IMG/VR virus record: IMGVR_UViG_3300032753_001573
Location: 32,001 to 96,000 of that record
Source of the DNA: a virus
Direction: 5' to 3' (one strand)
Length of the DNA stretch: 64,000 nt
The notes beneath the pieces are model-generated. The model saw only the letters and a list, made by a program, of their open reading frames with translations, had not been told where the DNA came from and did not search any database. Shown piece by piece: positions 40,109 through 50,793 of the stretch. Position numbers and translations under genes: made by a program. Numbering within the stretch: position 1 is the stretch's first letter; each line of letters opens with the position of its first letter.

Positions 40109-40908
40109 GGGCTAGCGAATTCGTAACAGAAATGACTCTTAATGAGATTACTCTTGCAAATATTTCAAATTGGTTTCAAAAATATGCTCAGTCTCGTGCT
40201 ATAAATGCAGGCGAAAAAGAAGTTAGAAATTATACAAATGGTGTAATGATGAACTTTGCTCGGTTTATTGGACGATATAAATTAGATTGGCGAAATGTTA
40301 CATTGTACGTTATGTATACATTCTTACGTTTACAAATGAAATTATCTGACAGTTATATATTACGTATAGTAAATTCAATAATGAAAGATATAGGGGCTAA
40401 CGCTTTAACTATAGAGCAGATAAAAGATAAGAATAATGATACCCTAATAGCTAATTTAAAAAAGGTAGGTAATATTCCTTCACAATATGCACAAATAATA
40501 AGTGAAAAAATAATAGCAGCGGCTGTACTGCAAAAGCTCGAATTAGAATGGCATAGTCAAGCAAATGTTGCCAAAGATGATGAAGATGATTCAACACAAG
40601 ACCAAAAGGTTACAGCGCAAGCTCCTAAATCTAAAGAACCAATAGTAGTTAATGGTGAAAAGATTATGCCAGAGGATGAAAGATATGCGCCGATAGCTGC
40701 TGCACTTGCTAAACAGGGCATAGCTGAAGATTATGAAAATCTCAAAGAAACAGCTACAGGCGGTGCCACTGCATCAGGAAGTGTAGCTAGCATAGCTAAT
40801 CCAATGGGCGGAGTAATAAGCAGGACACCAAATCTTTTTGGTTATATACCGGCTAGCGAACCTGATACTCAAAAGAAACGCAAGAACAAACGCAAGAACG
40901 CACGTTAA
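40105..40908 (+). CDS. putative internal head protein
   Basis: MRASEFVTE leader; LKETATGGATASGSVAS motif. Confidence 0.5.
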   Translation: MRASEFVTEMTLNEITLANISNWFQKYAQSRAINAGEKEVRNYTNGVMMNFARFIGRYKLDWRNVTLYVMYTFLRLQMKLSDSYILRIVNSIMKDIGANALTIEQIKDKNNDTLIANLKKVGNIPSQYAQIISEKIIAAAVLQKLELEWHSQANVAKDDEDDSTQDQKVTAQAPKSKEPIVVNGEKIMPEDERYAPIAAALAKQGIAEDYENLKETATGGATASGSVASIANPMGGVISRTPNLFGYIPASEPDTQKKRKNKRKNAR

Positions 40909-40920
40909 CAATGCGATCGA

Positions 40921-40928
40921 TATAAATA
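40921..40928 (+). promoter_or_regulatory. late promoter TATAAATA
   Basis: Exact consensus upstream of SD aaggag. Confidence 0.7.
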
Positions 40929-40966
40929 ATCATGCAAAGAATTTTGCATATTAAAGGAGAAAAAAT

Positions 40967-41746
40967 ATGACAGATCTAGTCAATGGAGCAGTGCATGCCG
41001 GTGAGTTCCTCTCTGGTAAGATGGACTTCTTCAGTTTTGCTACAACTGTACCAGTTGGTCAGACCAATGTAGAAACACCTGTAGTTGATCTACCAGGATA
41101 TCAGACTTACCAGACACTTGGTGTTTGGTCAACTGTAACCGTTACCGACGCTTTTGGTAATGCAACATCATATAGCACACTCAACAGCTATCTAGATGCA
41201 TTCTATCAGCAGCTGAACCTCAACAATCTAATTGCATTGTTTGCCACCCGTGCAAACCCAGTTGCAGTTAGCGTGAAGACTTTCCCAGCTTCTGTAAACG
41301 GTTCTGCAGTTAATCCACACAGCAGCGCAATCTTCGCTGACATGGGTTATGCAAACAGCGTTGGTGCAACAGTGTTTGGTAGCTCATACAATAGCACCAG
41401 CGACGTTGTTTATGTTGTTAACATAGCAACTGAAAAGACCCTATTGTGGACAGCTAACGGTAATGGTAACTTCGCAGGTACTGCTGCTGACAACACCAAC
41501 ACCAATGGTTACAACGTACTCAGCAACAATGTTACATATGGTGGTCTTGATGGGCGTATAGCTTATGACATGCAGGATGCACAGGTAATTGGCGGTTCAC
41601 AGAGCTTCTCTGGTGCATCAACCAATTTCTACACACTGAAGAACACTGTTGCTCCATTCGTAAGCGCATGGAATGCAAGCAGCACATCTGCATGCAACGT
41701 GTTGGCTGCACAGAACCTCTATCTAGGCGGTTCACTGCTCGCTTAA
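40967..41746 (+). CDS. probably abundant virion structural protein (decoration-like)
   Basis: Own late promoter, strong SD and terminator; A/S/T/N/G-rich. Confidence 0.55.
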   Translation: MTDLVNGAVHAGEFLSGKMDFFSFATTVPVGQTNVETPVVDLPGYQTYQTLGVWSTVTVTDAFGNATSYSTLNSYLDAFYQQLNLNNLIALFATRANPVAVSVKTFPASVNGSAVNPHSSAIFADMGYANSVGATVFGSSYNSTSDVVYVVNIATEKTLLWTANGNGNFAGTAADNTNTNGYNVLSNNVTYGGLDGRIAYDMQDAQVIGGSQSFSGASTNFYTLKNTVAPFVSAWNASSTSACNVLAAQNLYLGGSLLA

Positions 41747-41774
41747 TAACTAAGGTTATTAAACTAGTTAAATT

Positions 41775-41800
41775 CAAAGGGTGCCGAAAGGCACCCTTTG
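41775..41800 (+). terminator. hairpin terminator
   Basis: caaagggtgcc-gaaa-ggcaccctttg. Confidence 0.85.
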
Positions 41801-41828
41801 TCTTATCTAAATGGCTAAATATCAAACC

Positions 41829-41999
41829 ATGAACAATAAATCAACAGCACTAGATAACGTTTTTGATGAAGCAATACAAGTCAAGACACAGTTTGTGAGA
41901 CAAGACGGTAAGCTTAAAATGGTACGTCGCAAAGTTAAGAATCAAGAAATTAAACCTGCTAAGAAGCAGTTGTTCCCCATCAGTAAGGAAAGACAATGA
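41829..41999 (+). CDS. small basic hypothetical protein
   Basis: ATG after GCTAAATA; ATGA overlap with the next gene. Confidence 0.45.
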   Translation: MNNKSTALDNVFDEAIQVKTQFVRQDGKLKMVRRKVKNQEIKPAKKQLFPISKERQ

Positions 42000-42775
42000 A
42001 ATCCCTTAAGACCTATTTCCAAGATTTAACCGCAACATCATCAGAAGGTGTTGCCAATTGTGTGGAGAATGAAGCCATGAGACCCCTCAAGAAATATGCA
42101 CAGGTTGATTTAAACGGTTCAGAAGGTCTGTATGACACTAATATTGACCGTTGGAGTCGTAATGCCAAACATCACATGGCTAAGAGTGAACTAGCAGGTG
42201 CAATGGATTTGCCTATCTTTGAAGAAGGTGATACAGCTATCTATGAGGGACAAGAAGTGTCTGTCAAGATCCCACAGGGACCAAAAGGTACTACTGGTAT
42301 TATGTTTGAAGGTCATCTCAAGATGGTACATCAAAGTAAACTAGAGAAGATTGAAGAAGGTGTAATGGGTGGATTGCAGAGTCTAAATCCTCTCAATAGA
42401 ATTATGCAGCTTGCTGGTTTAGAACATACCGGTGCTGTAAGCACTGACACTATTGAAGAAGCTGAAGTTGTGACAGAAGCAGATGCAGCAGGTATGTTGT
42501 CACAGTTGGTAGCTTCTGCACAGAATATGCCCCAGTACAAAAACAATGAAGAAGCTGCAAGATTATATGTCATTGGAAGTATACTCAGTGAGATATATCA
42601 AGATGTCACTACCAATAAGTTGCAGACTGTTGTTGGACAGGGCAAGATGACAGAATTAACTCCGTTGGGTGCAATGGGTGCTGATCTTATCAAGACTGCA
42701 CAGAGTTTGTCTCAAGGATCGACAGCGTCATCAACTCCTGCGCAGACACAGGGTCAATCCACAGCACAGGCATAA
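41996..42775 (+). CDS. putative internal head protein
   Basis: MKSLKTYF leader, RIMQLAGL motif, multiple I/VxE sites. Confidence 0.5.
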   Translation: MKSLKTYFQDLTATSSEGVANCVENEAMRPLKKYAQVDLNGSEGLYDTNIDRWSRNAKHHMAKSELAGAMDLPIFEEGDTAIYEGQEVSVKIPQGPKGTTGIMFEGHLKMVHQSKLEKIEEGVMGGLQSLNPLNRIMQLAGLEHTGAVSTDTIEEAEVVTEADAAGMLSQLVASAQNMPQYKNNEEAARLYVIGSILSEIYQDVTTNKLQTVVGQGKMTELTPLGAMGADLIKTAQSLSQGSTASSTPAQTQGQSTAQA

Positions 42776-42778
42776 TGC

Positions 42779-43000
42779 ATGAGATTTATAGAGATACAAG
42801 GCGGGCTAAGAGTTCCTGTTAGTAATGAGGAATTGGTTGTTGCGGACATCATCCGCAACAATCATGAGCCTATGCCTAAATCAAAATTAAACATAAGAGA
42901 ACAAGAATTAGCTCGTAATCTTGTACACAAGGGCATCATAGATAGAGTATTGATTGATGAAAAGATGCATTTTGTTTACAATGATATAAATGACTTCTAA
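42779..43000 (+). CDS. small hypothetical protein (winged-helix-like)
   Basis: L..RE..LARNLV.KGII.R. Confidence 0.55.
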   Translation: MRFIEIQGGLRVPVSNEELVVADIIRNNHEPMPKSKLNIREQELARNLVHKGIIDRVLIDEKMHFVYNDINDF

Positions 43001-43014
43001 TAAGTGGAGAAACT

Positions 43015-43677
43015 ATGTCAGTATCACAGCAAGACAGAGATGCCATGAAACGGATATTAGGTGCATTAAATGGCGATCTCACATATGAAGAACCTTTGAA
43101 TTTGCACGAAAGCCAAACTTCTCAAGTAGAACTAGCTGGCCTAGGACAAGTCACTCAGAAAGACATAACCGCTATGGCAGATGTTCTCAAGAAGTTGAAC
43201 AATGTCACCGCGCAGGTTGTAACTGAGAGCAAGTTCAATCCTCAGTTAGCTGAAGCTGTTAATACTTCAAAGGTTGAAGATGGTGTTAAAGTAGGTAACT
43301 ATCAGATAATGATCAAAGAAGATGCCAAGAGAATGGCCGGTAAGCAATATTACAGCATTTATCACAGCCAAACACATGACGTTATAGCAGACGACATTAC
43401 CTTATATGAAACAGCATTATCGGTAGTTAAACTATTAAATTCTGGCAAGTTTGCAAATTCACCAATAGTTAGAAAACTATTTGAGGCTGATGATAGATAT
43501 ACAGCAAATAAAACTGATGCAATGAGATTTAAATCACTATCAAAGTCTGCTCAGAACAAGATGGATTTTAACAAGAGCGACTTATATGAGAGTCGATACC
43601 AATCTAGTGTCAACAATGCTATGGCGGCTAAGAGAGACATCAAGAAGATCATAGAAGAGAGCCGCAGGGGTAAGTGA
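43015..43677 (+). CDS. hypothetical late protein
   Basis: SD ggag, 220 aa. Confidence 0.6.
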   Translation: MSVSQQDRDAMKRILGALNGDLTYEEPLNLHESQTSQVELAGLGQVTQKDITAMADVLKKLNNVTAQVVTESKFNPQLAEAVNTSKVEDGVKVGNYQIMIKEDAKRMAGKQYYSIYHSQTHDVIADDITLYETALSVVKLLNSGKFANSPIVRKLFEADDRYTANKTDAMRFKSLSKSAQNKMDFNKSDLYESRYQSSVNNAMAAKRDIKKIIEESRRGK

Positions 43678-43678
43678 T

Positions 43679-43996
43679 ATGCCTGTGATCATAACTGAAT
43701 CTGCTGCAAACAGATTTAAATCAATGATAACTCCACTTGGTCCTATACCTAGGATTGAAATTGTAGCTGGAGGTTGCAATGGGTTTGAGAAACGATTCAG
43801 TATGGATAATCAACGAGAAGATGATATCTGCATTGATTTACCAAACGGTGCATGTGTCTTGATAGACGGCATGAGTTATGATCTATTGAGTAACAGTACC
43901 GTTGACTACAAGACTAGCCTAACTGGAAACTATTTCTCTATTGAAATACCAGAATCAACTAGCACATGCGGTTGCGGAACTAGTTTCAGCTTATAA
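43679..43996 (+). CDS. IscA/HesB Fe-S cluster carrier protein
   Basis: ITESAA, GGCNG, VDY...G..F, CGCGTSFS. Confidence 0.92.
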   Translation: MPVIITESAANRFKSMITPLGPIPRIEIVAGGCNGFEKRFSMDNQREDDICIDLPNGACVLIDGMSYDLLSNSTVDYKTSLTGNYFSIEIPESTSTCGCGTSFSL

Positions 43997-44088
43997 GATT
44001 TGATAGGTTTCTTGATATCATCAAGGTCTTTGGCGTTGATAAATAAATACCATAGCATCATTATGGCCCGCAGTGGGAAAGGTTATCA

Positions 44089-46998
44089 ATGTTTATCAAC
44101 GATTTCGAAAACAGCAATGAATATAAGCTGCAACAAATCACACACACTCTAAAGAGTGTGCATGGTATAGAACTATCACTAGACGAAGCAACACAAGAAG
44201 ATCTCAATGCTATACAACAAAGCAGTGAGATCATAAAGAACAGCATAGTTAGTGAAAGCCAGTTTAACACATATAATACCAATCCCGAATATACCAAGCA
44301 CATGTTGATCATGGAAGCTATACGTTTGTACCTAACTGAGATAGCACCAAAGCGCAGCAAAAAGACCAAAGTCAAAGAAAATGCTGTACCTAGCACTCCC
44401 ACAACATCAACCACACAGGCACAGAATAAGCCACAGCCTGGCATGATAAATGTTCAGAAAGGTACTGACAAAAAGACAGTTCCCGCAGCACAGCTTGCCA
44501 ATCTACAACAGCAGGGGTATAGTGTAGTTGGTGACGATGAAATAGAAGAAAAATCACTAGAGGAAATGCCTAGTGTTCGATCAATGGATAGAGCAAGTAG
44601 GTCATGGGCCGACAAAATGAAATATTTAGATCGTCAACGCCGTGCGGTCTCTCCATATAAAATAGGCGACGACATTAAACGTCGCGATGCCGAAGCAGAT
44701 ATGGAAAAGGCAAAGGCAGAATATTTTGCAAAGGGCGGCACAGTAAAAAAAGTTGGCGAAACAAGTGATGTTGAATCTAATTCTGAACTTGCATCTCTTA
44801 TGAAGAAATATGGAATTGAAGAAGAAATTACTGACGAGGGTAATGAATTCTCTGGTGCATTAGCTGCTGCTAAAGCTGCTGGTAAAGACACCTTTGAAGT
44901 AGGCGGCAAGACTTATAATGTTAATGAGTCTGTACAGATCAATGAAGCTAAGTTTGATCACGATAGCTATCAGGCTAGCATGGCTCGCAGCGAGCTATAT
45001 CGCAATACCAAGTATGCGCTAGACATGATGAAGATGATCAAACCTGAAGATGACATACAGCCATGGATAGCAGCAAACCTAACCAAAGCTGCAAATTATC
45101 TCGACAAGATATTCCATTATCTAGATTATTACACTACATTTGAACCAAGCCAATTGCCGGAAGATATGGACATGGATCCAGAAGTCAGCAATATGGAGCT
45201 TGGAGAAACCAGCGGCAGCATTGCTCGTGAGAGCCTGTTGATGATTGTAGAGTACAGCACCAAATTGTTCAACATGATCCAGCCAGGAGATAAACTAGAA
45301 GGTTGGGTAGCTATGAAGCTAACTACTGCTAGCGAATGCGTTAGTAGCAGCAAGCACTATCTAGAATATGCACAGTTTGAGAAGCATGCCAGTGACATGC
45401 TGCACGACGTAGACGGCATGGAGCAGGAAGGTACAGATATGAAGAAGCCAATCAAAGAAAGTGTAGGCCAGATGCTATATCGCATGATGATCAATGAAGA
45501 TCAGGACCTTGCACAGGCACAGGTATTACTTGCAGCCAAAGCATTGAGTGATGATCTGCAAGACATGGCAGAGAAGCTAGCCAAGATGAGTGTTGAGGAT
45601 CTTATGCCTCTAGTAGATAGCATGAAGGATCAATTTGGTCCAGAGGCTGCTGACGGTTACAATTCTGCTATGAAGCAGTCTCTAGAGAGCTTGTTGAATG
45701 CAACTACAGAAGCTAAGGAAACCAGCGACAATGCTATTACCCAGCTACAGGGCGGGCAAATACCAGGTGCAGAAGACACAATGGGCGGGGAAGCTCCTGC
45801 TCCTGAAGTACCAGGTGAAGAAGGCGGAGAAGCTGCTATGCCAGAAGTACCAGAGGAACCACTTGGTCGTGCCAAGAAGGAAGAAGAGCCAGAAGCAGTA
45901 GCTGAAGCTTGGGGTACTACTATGAAGACCAAAGAAAAAGACAAGGGCATGTGGGACGGTTGGACCGTTGCAGAACTCAAAGCTGAAAAGGCCAAGCTCA
46001 TGAAGAAGGAAGAGCGCAGTGCAGCTGAGCAAAAGAAAGTCAAGCAGATTGACTTTGCTATCCGTGCTAAGCAGAAGAACAAGTGGGGCAAGATCAAAGA
46101 GAGCGAGCAGCTCGATGAGAAGAATAAAGAGAATGCTGCCAAAATGAAAGATCTCAAGCAGAAAGGTGTAGTCAAGAAAGATCCAACGGACAAGATCAGC
46201 AAGTTTGATCCTCGCACCGATCTAAAGTTAAAGAAGGACGGCAAAGTAGAGGAAGCCAAGAAGGCAAAGCCAGACTTCCTAGACGTTGACAAGGACGGCA
46301 ACAAGAAAGAGTCCTTCAAGAAGGCTGTCAAGGACAAAGCCAAAGCTGACAAGAACAAGAAGGTTGACGAAGCTGCTCTAAAAGAAGTTGCACCTCCAGG
46401 CAAGAAGGCTGAGGAATTCATCAAGGGCAACAAGGAGAGCTTCAAGAAGCGCTACGGCAAGCGTTGGCAGGAAGTACTGTATGCTACAGCTTGGAAGAAG
46501 TTTGGCGACAAGAGCGAGAGCTACGTCAAAGCTGAGAAGATGCTGGAAAGCAATCTAGCTTGGTTAGCCAAAATAGAATCAGCATTTGCTGCTCACAAGA
46601 AGCAGTTCTCACGTATGCTAAGCGAAGGTAAAGTTGACGATCCTTTGAATATGGGTTATGGCCTAGATGGCGAGCTTATGCTAGAGCAAATGACTGACAT
46701 GAACGCAGTTATTGCCAAGTTGCGTGAGATGATCAAGAATGAAGTCAAGCAGGGTACTATAGATTTGATAGTAGCCGAGCAGACTGCAGCAAAGATCAAA
46801 ACTGTTCAGGAAGCTAAAGCTGCTGCACCATATGGCGTAGCATGGAAGACTAAAGCAGGAAAGACTGAGGCCAAGTTCTTTGAGAACAGCAGCGATCGTG
46901 ATTACTGGCTAGGTTTAAAGAAGCTTAAAGAAGCCAAGCTGATCAACCCTGATCACTTTGACAAGCAAATCAACAAGCTATCTGGCAAGAAGGATTGA
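44089..46998 (+). CDS. large mosaic prohead core/scaffold-like protein
   Basis: 969 aa, E/K-rich and modular, many xxE sites; late promoter at 44038. Confidence 0.55.
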   Translation: MFINDFENSNEYKLQQITHTLKSVHGIELSLDEATQEDLNAIQQSSEIIKNSIVSESQFNTYNTNPEYTKHMLIMEAIRLYLTEIAPKRSKKTKVKENAVPSTPTTSTTQAQNKPQPGMINVQKGTDKKTVPAAQLANLQQQGYSVVGDDEIEEKSLEEMPSVRSMDRASRSWADKMKYLDRQRRAVSPYKIGDDIKRRDAEADMEKAKAEYFAKGGTVKKVGETSDVESNSELASLMKKYGIEEEITDEGNEFSGALAAAKAAGKDTFEVGGKTYNVNESVQINEAKFDHDSYQASMARSELYRNTKYALDMMKMIKPEDDIQPWIAANLTKAANYLDKIFHYLDYYTTFEPSQLPEDMDMDPEVSNMELGETSGSIARESLLMIVEYSTKLFNMIQPGDKLEGWVAMKLTTASECVSSSKHYLEYAQFEKHASDMLHDVDGMEQEGTDMKKPIKESVGQMLYRMMINEDQDLAQAQVLLAAKALSDDLQDMAEKLAKMSVEDLMPLVDSMKDQFGPEAADGYNSAMKQSLESLLNATTEAKETSDNAITQLQGGQIPGAEDTMGGEAPAPEVPGEEGGEAAMPEVPEEPLGRAKKEEEPEAVAEAWGTTMKTKEKDKGMWDGWTVAELKAEKAKLMKKEERSAAEQKKVKQIDFAIRAKQKNKWGKIKESEQLDEKNKENAAKMKDLKQKGVVKKDPTDKISKFDPRTDLKLKKDGKVEEAKKAKPDFLDVDKDGNKKESFKKAVKDKAKADKNKKVDEAALKEVAPPGKKAEEFIKGNKESFKKRYGKRWQEVLYATAWKKFGDKSESYVKAEKMLESNLAWLAKIESAFAAHKKQFSRMLSEGKVDDPLNMGYGLDGELMLEQMTDMNAVIAKLREMIKNEVKQGTIDLIVAEQTAAKIKTVQEAKAAAPYGVAWKTKAGKTEAKFFENSSDRDYWLGLKKLKEAKLINPDHFDKQINKLSGKKD

Positions 46999-47004
46999 TT
47001 GCTG

Positions 47005-47346
47005 ATGAGATATGCCGAGCTTACAGCACTGCCCGCAACGCCAGATGAAGCCAAAGCCAGCATATTGGATTTGGTCACGGTAGCTATAGGCAACGGAAAG
47101 ACTGAGATACCAATGGATGAGGTCCTAGACGTGTTACATCAACAGGGATGGGATCTCACTCGACGCATGATCATGGATATCCTCAAGGATAATGAAATGA
47201 TCAAGCGCACTACCAAAGACAAGATAATCCTCAAAGGCGACACTGAGGATACAGGCGACGCTTCTCAAGATGAAATTGAAAAGAGCAAGAAGCACGTTGA
47301 CAAGATGGCTAAGAAAGCTCTGAAGAACCAAGCAGGTAAGATGTAA
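47005..47346 (+). CDS. hypothetical protein
   Basis: ORF in the late operon, TAATG-coupled to the next gene. Confidence 0.6.
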   Translation: MRYAELTALPATPDEAKASILDLVTVAIGNGKTEIPMDEVLDVLHQQGWDLTRRMIMDILKDNEMIKRTTKDKIILKGDTEDTGDASQDEIEKSKKHVDKMAKKALKNQAGKM

Positions 47347-49826
47347 TGGCCGGTAATATGATCTTCATAAATGCAACAGATGCTAGGCAGAATCCTATCA
47401 GAGAACATGTTATACACGATGAAGGTAAGGCGATTGAAAGTGCTGTTCTCGATGCAGTGCAAGCTGGATTGTATTCGGTTATTGTAAGCGATGGCACTCC
47501 CATGACACAAAGTACTGTTGTGGCTAGCTCTGTCACCAACGTTGATACATCTACTAGCACATTCTTTGTGCCCAATCATGGGTTCTCTACAGGCGATACT
47601 GTAAAGGTTAGCGGCACTGGAACATTGCCCAGTCCTCTTGTTAGCACATCTAGTTATTATGTGATATATGTAGATCCAAATAACATCAAATTAGCTGCTA
47701 CGATGCAGAATGCAATAAGCGGTAGACCTATACCTATAACTATTACTCAGGGTGTTAACAACGTACAATTGGTTGATCAGGGTAGCGGGTATTTGCTAGC
47801 TCCTACAATTACATTTACCGGCGGCAATCCAACGGTATCTGCTACAGCTCTTGCTAATCTAGCAAATTACGGTAGCGTTAGCAGCATAGCAGTGATAAGC
47901 AACGGTGGCGGATATACAGATGTACCAACAGTTAGCATAGTAGCACAAGGTGCTGGTGCAACTGCTGGTACAGTTAATATGGGAGTAGTAGCTGCTACAG
48001 TATCAGCTGGAGGTAGCAGCTATAGGCTAAATGATACGTTAACAGTGCTAGGTGGAACTGGTACCGCTGCTGTACTGACAATTACCGATGTTGACGATAC
48101 TGGTGCTGTGTTATCTGTAACAGTTACTAGTGCCGGAGCATACTCTGTATTGCCATCACTAAGCGGAGTGTCTACGATAGCTATACCAAGCGGCGGTAAT
48201 GGATGCACACTTAATCTCAACATGGGTGTAGCAAGTATATCAGTAGCTGCAGGTGGTGCAGGATATACTGCACAACCGTTTGTATCGATAATAAGCAATT
48301 CTGGCACAGGTACAACTGCTACTGCATTGGTAACAGCTGGTACAGTAGTACAAGTAAACATAACTAATCCTGGTAGTGGTTATACAGACATTCCCTCTGT
48401 AGAGTTTATCAGTGGTGAGAATGCATCTGCAATAGCAATATTACAACCAACCGAAGTAGGCAATATTACTGTCACTAATAATGGTGGCAATACATACACT
48501 GACATACCAGATGTTGGTATAATAGCAGCCGGTAGTGGTGCAACAGCTGGTCAAGTATATATGAGTGTTACCGCTGTAACACTAGATGCTAGTGGTGTTA
48601 ATTATACAGTTGGCGATACGTTGCTCGTAGCTGGAGGTGCAGGTAGTACAAATGCTACCATACAGGTTATGGGAGTTGGTGCTCAAGGACAAATAACTGG
48701 ATATGTGTTGACAACAGGCGGTATATACAGGCAATTACCTCCGTTGGTTAATAACAGCGTGCTAGGTGGTACAGGTACAGCCGCAACGTTTAACCTAACA
48801 ATGAGCGTGTATGGTGTAGATGTACAAAATCCAGGAAGTGGTTATGTTACACCACCAACTGTTGTTATAACTGATTCTACCGGATATGGTGCTAGTGTTA
48901 TATCAACAATTGAAAATGGACAAGTTACTGCATTAACAGTGGTAGCACCAGGCACAGCTTATACAGACATACCAACAATAACTATAACAAGTGGAGAAGG
49001 TGCTATAGGTATTCCTTACCTAGTACCAACCGGTGTTGCATCATTCAATATTGGAAATGTTGGATCAGGATATACCTACGCTACTGTGCAAATAACAGGT
49101 ACAGGAATCAATGCGTCTGCTGATGCCAACATAGTAGACGGTCAAGTAGTTGGATTAGTAGTAGATCAAGCTGGTACTGGATATACAAGCGCTCCTAACG
49201 TTACTATACAGGGTGACGGTGTTGGTGCAGAAGCTACAGCGGTCTTAATTCCAACAGCACTCAATTATATTGCTGTAACTGACGGCGGAGATGGATATAC
49301 AAGTCCGCCTAATGTTGTTATATCTGGTGCAGCAACAGCTACCGCTTCTCTAGCTCCAACCGGTATTGATCGTATTGATATAGTAAACGGTGGCGATACT
49401 TATACCAGTGTTCCTATCGTTAACATAATACCTGCAGATGATCAACAGGGATCGGTAACAGCACCTTCCACAAGTACCAGCATAGGATATAGTGTTGGTG
49501 CTATAAACATTACAAACAGTGGCACAGGATATCAATCTGCACCAACTGTAAACATCAGTGCACCTCAAGCAACTGACGGCAACATTGCTGTAGCAACTGC
49601 TACTATAGGCATTGGACAAGGAAGCCTTAGCATATCATTGTATCCAGCTAGTTTGGATTACTATGCTGTGTGGAAGAATCTAACTCCAAGCGATCCCAGT
49701 GTGGTTAGACCTTATTCTGATAGGATGACTACAGTAATCAATTATTTTACCAATCTAGGTTATACTATCACGCAACAGACTAACCCAGCAACCGGTAATA
49801 CAATGCAGTGGTTGGTGTCTTGGTAA
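47346..49826 (+). CDS. virion protein with long array of G(S/A)GYTxxPxV repeats (fibre/adhesin-like)
   Basis: More than ten GxGY-P-V repeats between non-repetitive termini. Confidence 0.7.
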   Translation: MAGNMIFINATDARQNPIREHVIHDEGKAIESAVLDAVQAGLYSVIVSDGTPMTQSTVVASSVTNVDTSTSTFFVPNHGFSTGDTVKVSGTGTLPSPLVSTSSYYVIYVDPNNIKLAATMQNAISGRPIPITITQGVNNVQLVDQGSGYLLAPTITFTGGNPTVSATALANLANYGSVSSIAVISNGGGYTDVPTVSIVAQGAGATAGTVNMGVVAATVSAGGSSYRLNDTLTVLGGTGTAAVLTITDVDDTGAVLSVTVTSAGAYSVLPSLSGVSTIAIPSGGNGCTLNLNMGVASISVAAGGAGYTAQPFVSIISNSGTGTTATALVTAGTVVQVNITNPGSGYTDIPSVEFISGENASAIAILQPTEVGNITVTNNGGNTYTDIPDVGIIAAGSGATAGQVYMSVTAVTLDASGVNYTVGDTLLVAGGAGSTNATIQVMGVGAQGQITGYVLTTGGIYRQLPPLVNNSVLGGTGTAATFNLTMSVYGVDVQNPGSGYVTPPTVVITDSTGYGASVISTIENGQVTALTVVAPGTAYTDIPTITITSGEGAIGIPYLVPTGVASFNIGNVGSGYTYATVQITGTGINASADANIVDGQVVGLVVDQAGTGYTSAPNVTIQGDGVGAEATAVLIPTALNYIAVTDGGDGYTSPPNVVISGAATATASLAPTGIDRIDIVNGGDTYTSVPIVNIIPADDQQGSVTAPSTSTSIGYSVGAINITNSGTGYQSAPTVNISAPQATDGNIAVATATIGIGQGSLSISLYPASLDYYAVWKNLTPSDPSVVRPYSDRMTTVINYFTNLGYTITQQTNPATGNTMQWLVSW

Positions 49827-49839
49827 TACAGATATTTAG

Positions 49840-50106
49840 ATGAGAAGCACGCTACACGGCCCCGACGAGTTCCTGCTAAAAAGCAAGAAACCTCATATAC
49901 AAGCATTGGTAGCTAGGGTCAACGATATGTCTATAGAGGACATTGAAAACCTTAATGAAAAATCTGATATCAAGCGTGGTTTGAAAGAACTCAAGAAGAA
50001 AAACAATCAAGCTGAGGCTGCACTAGTTGCAACACGCCTTGCAGATATCATGACAGCAAAACATCATCCTGAACTAGCTAGACAAACGGATCAATCTAAT
50101 ACATAA
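49840..50106 (+). CDS. hypothetical protein
   Basis: 88-aa ORF in the operon. Confidence 0.5.
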   Translation: MRSTLHGPDEFLLKSKKPHIQALVARVNDMSIEDIENLNEKSDIKRGLKELKKKNNQAEAALVATRLADIMTAKHHPELARQTDQSNT

Positions 50107-50112
50107 TGATTT

Positions 50113-50793
50113 ATGAAATTAAATCAAATCTACACCTACAAGAAACTAGATAGACAGGACGGCGGCGCACAAGGTCGCGTTTATGTTGATGAAATTGGGA
50201 ATAAGATACCAAGTGTTACAACGATACTGGGTGCTACCAAAGACAAATCTCATTTGGTAGCATGGAGAAAGCGTGTCGGCGATGAAAATGCCAAACGCAT
50301 CACTGAAGAGTCGGCTGGACTTGGAACTACTATGCATGCCCATCTAGAAGCTCACATACTTGGTGAGCAAAGGCCGGGCGGCAACAACTATGGTAGATTG
50401 ATGGCCAAAAAGATGGCAGATACTGTTATCTCAGAAGGTCTCATAGACGTTGACGAAGTGTGGGGAGTAGAAGCTCATTTGCATTATGAAAATCTCTGGG
50501 CAGGTACTACAGATCTCGCAGGAGTTTTTCAAGGTAAGCCAGCTATTATGGATTTCAAAACTACTATCAAACCCAAGAAGCGTGAATGGGTTGAAGATTA
50601 TCAGATGCAGCTGACCGCATATGCTATGGCTCATGATTCTCTATACAAAACCAATATACAAACTGTTGTAGTGTTTATGGTTAGTCGAGAGTGCGAGTTT
50701 CAAAGATTTGTATGGACTGGTACTGAGTTTGAAGAAGGCAAACTCAAATGGGCTAACCGAGTAAGCGACTATTACGAAAAATATGTGTTATGA
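50113..50793 (+). CDS. PD-(D/E)XK exonuclease (Cas4/MGME1-like)
   Basis: PSVTTIL, GT.MH..LE, E, AGT.D, DFKT, Q..AY. Confidence 0.85.
   Translation: MKLNQIYTYKKLDRQDGGAQGRVYVDEIGNKIPSVTTILGATKDKSHLVAWRKRVGDENAKRITEESAGLGTTMHAHLEAHILGEQRPGGNNYGRLMAKKMADTVISEGLIDVDEVWGVEAHLHYENLWAGTTDLAGVFQGKPAIMDFKTTIKPKKREWVEDYQMQLTAYAMAHDSLYKTNIQTVVVFMVSRECEFQRFVWTGTEFEEGKLKWANRVSDYYEKYVL

Noticed and set aside
45657-46445. 262-aa antisense ORF
   Set aside because: S/F/L-rich shadow of the K/E-rich sense gene.
47700-49620. CRISPR array or DGR-type nucleotide repeats
   Set aside because: The repeats are degenerate and at protein level only; no spacer structure, TR/VR pair or reverse transcriptase was seen.
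50113-50793. Cas4 as evidence of a CRISPR system
   Set aside because: No Fe-S Cys cluster, other cas genes or array; an ordinary phage exonuclease.
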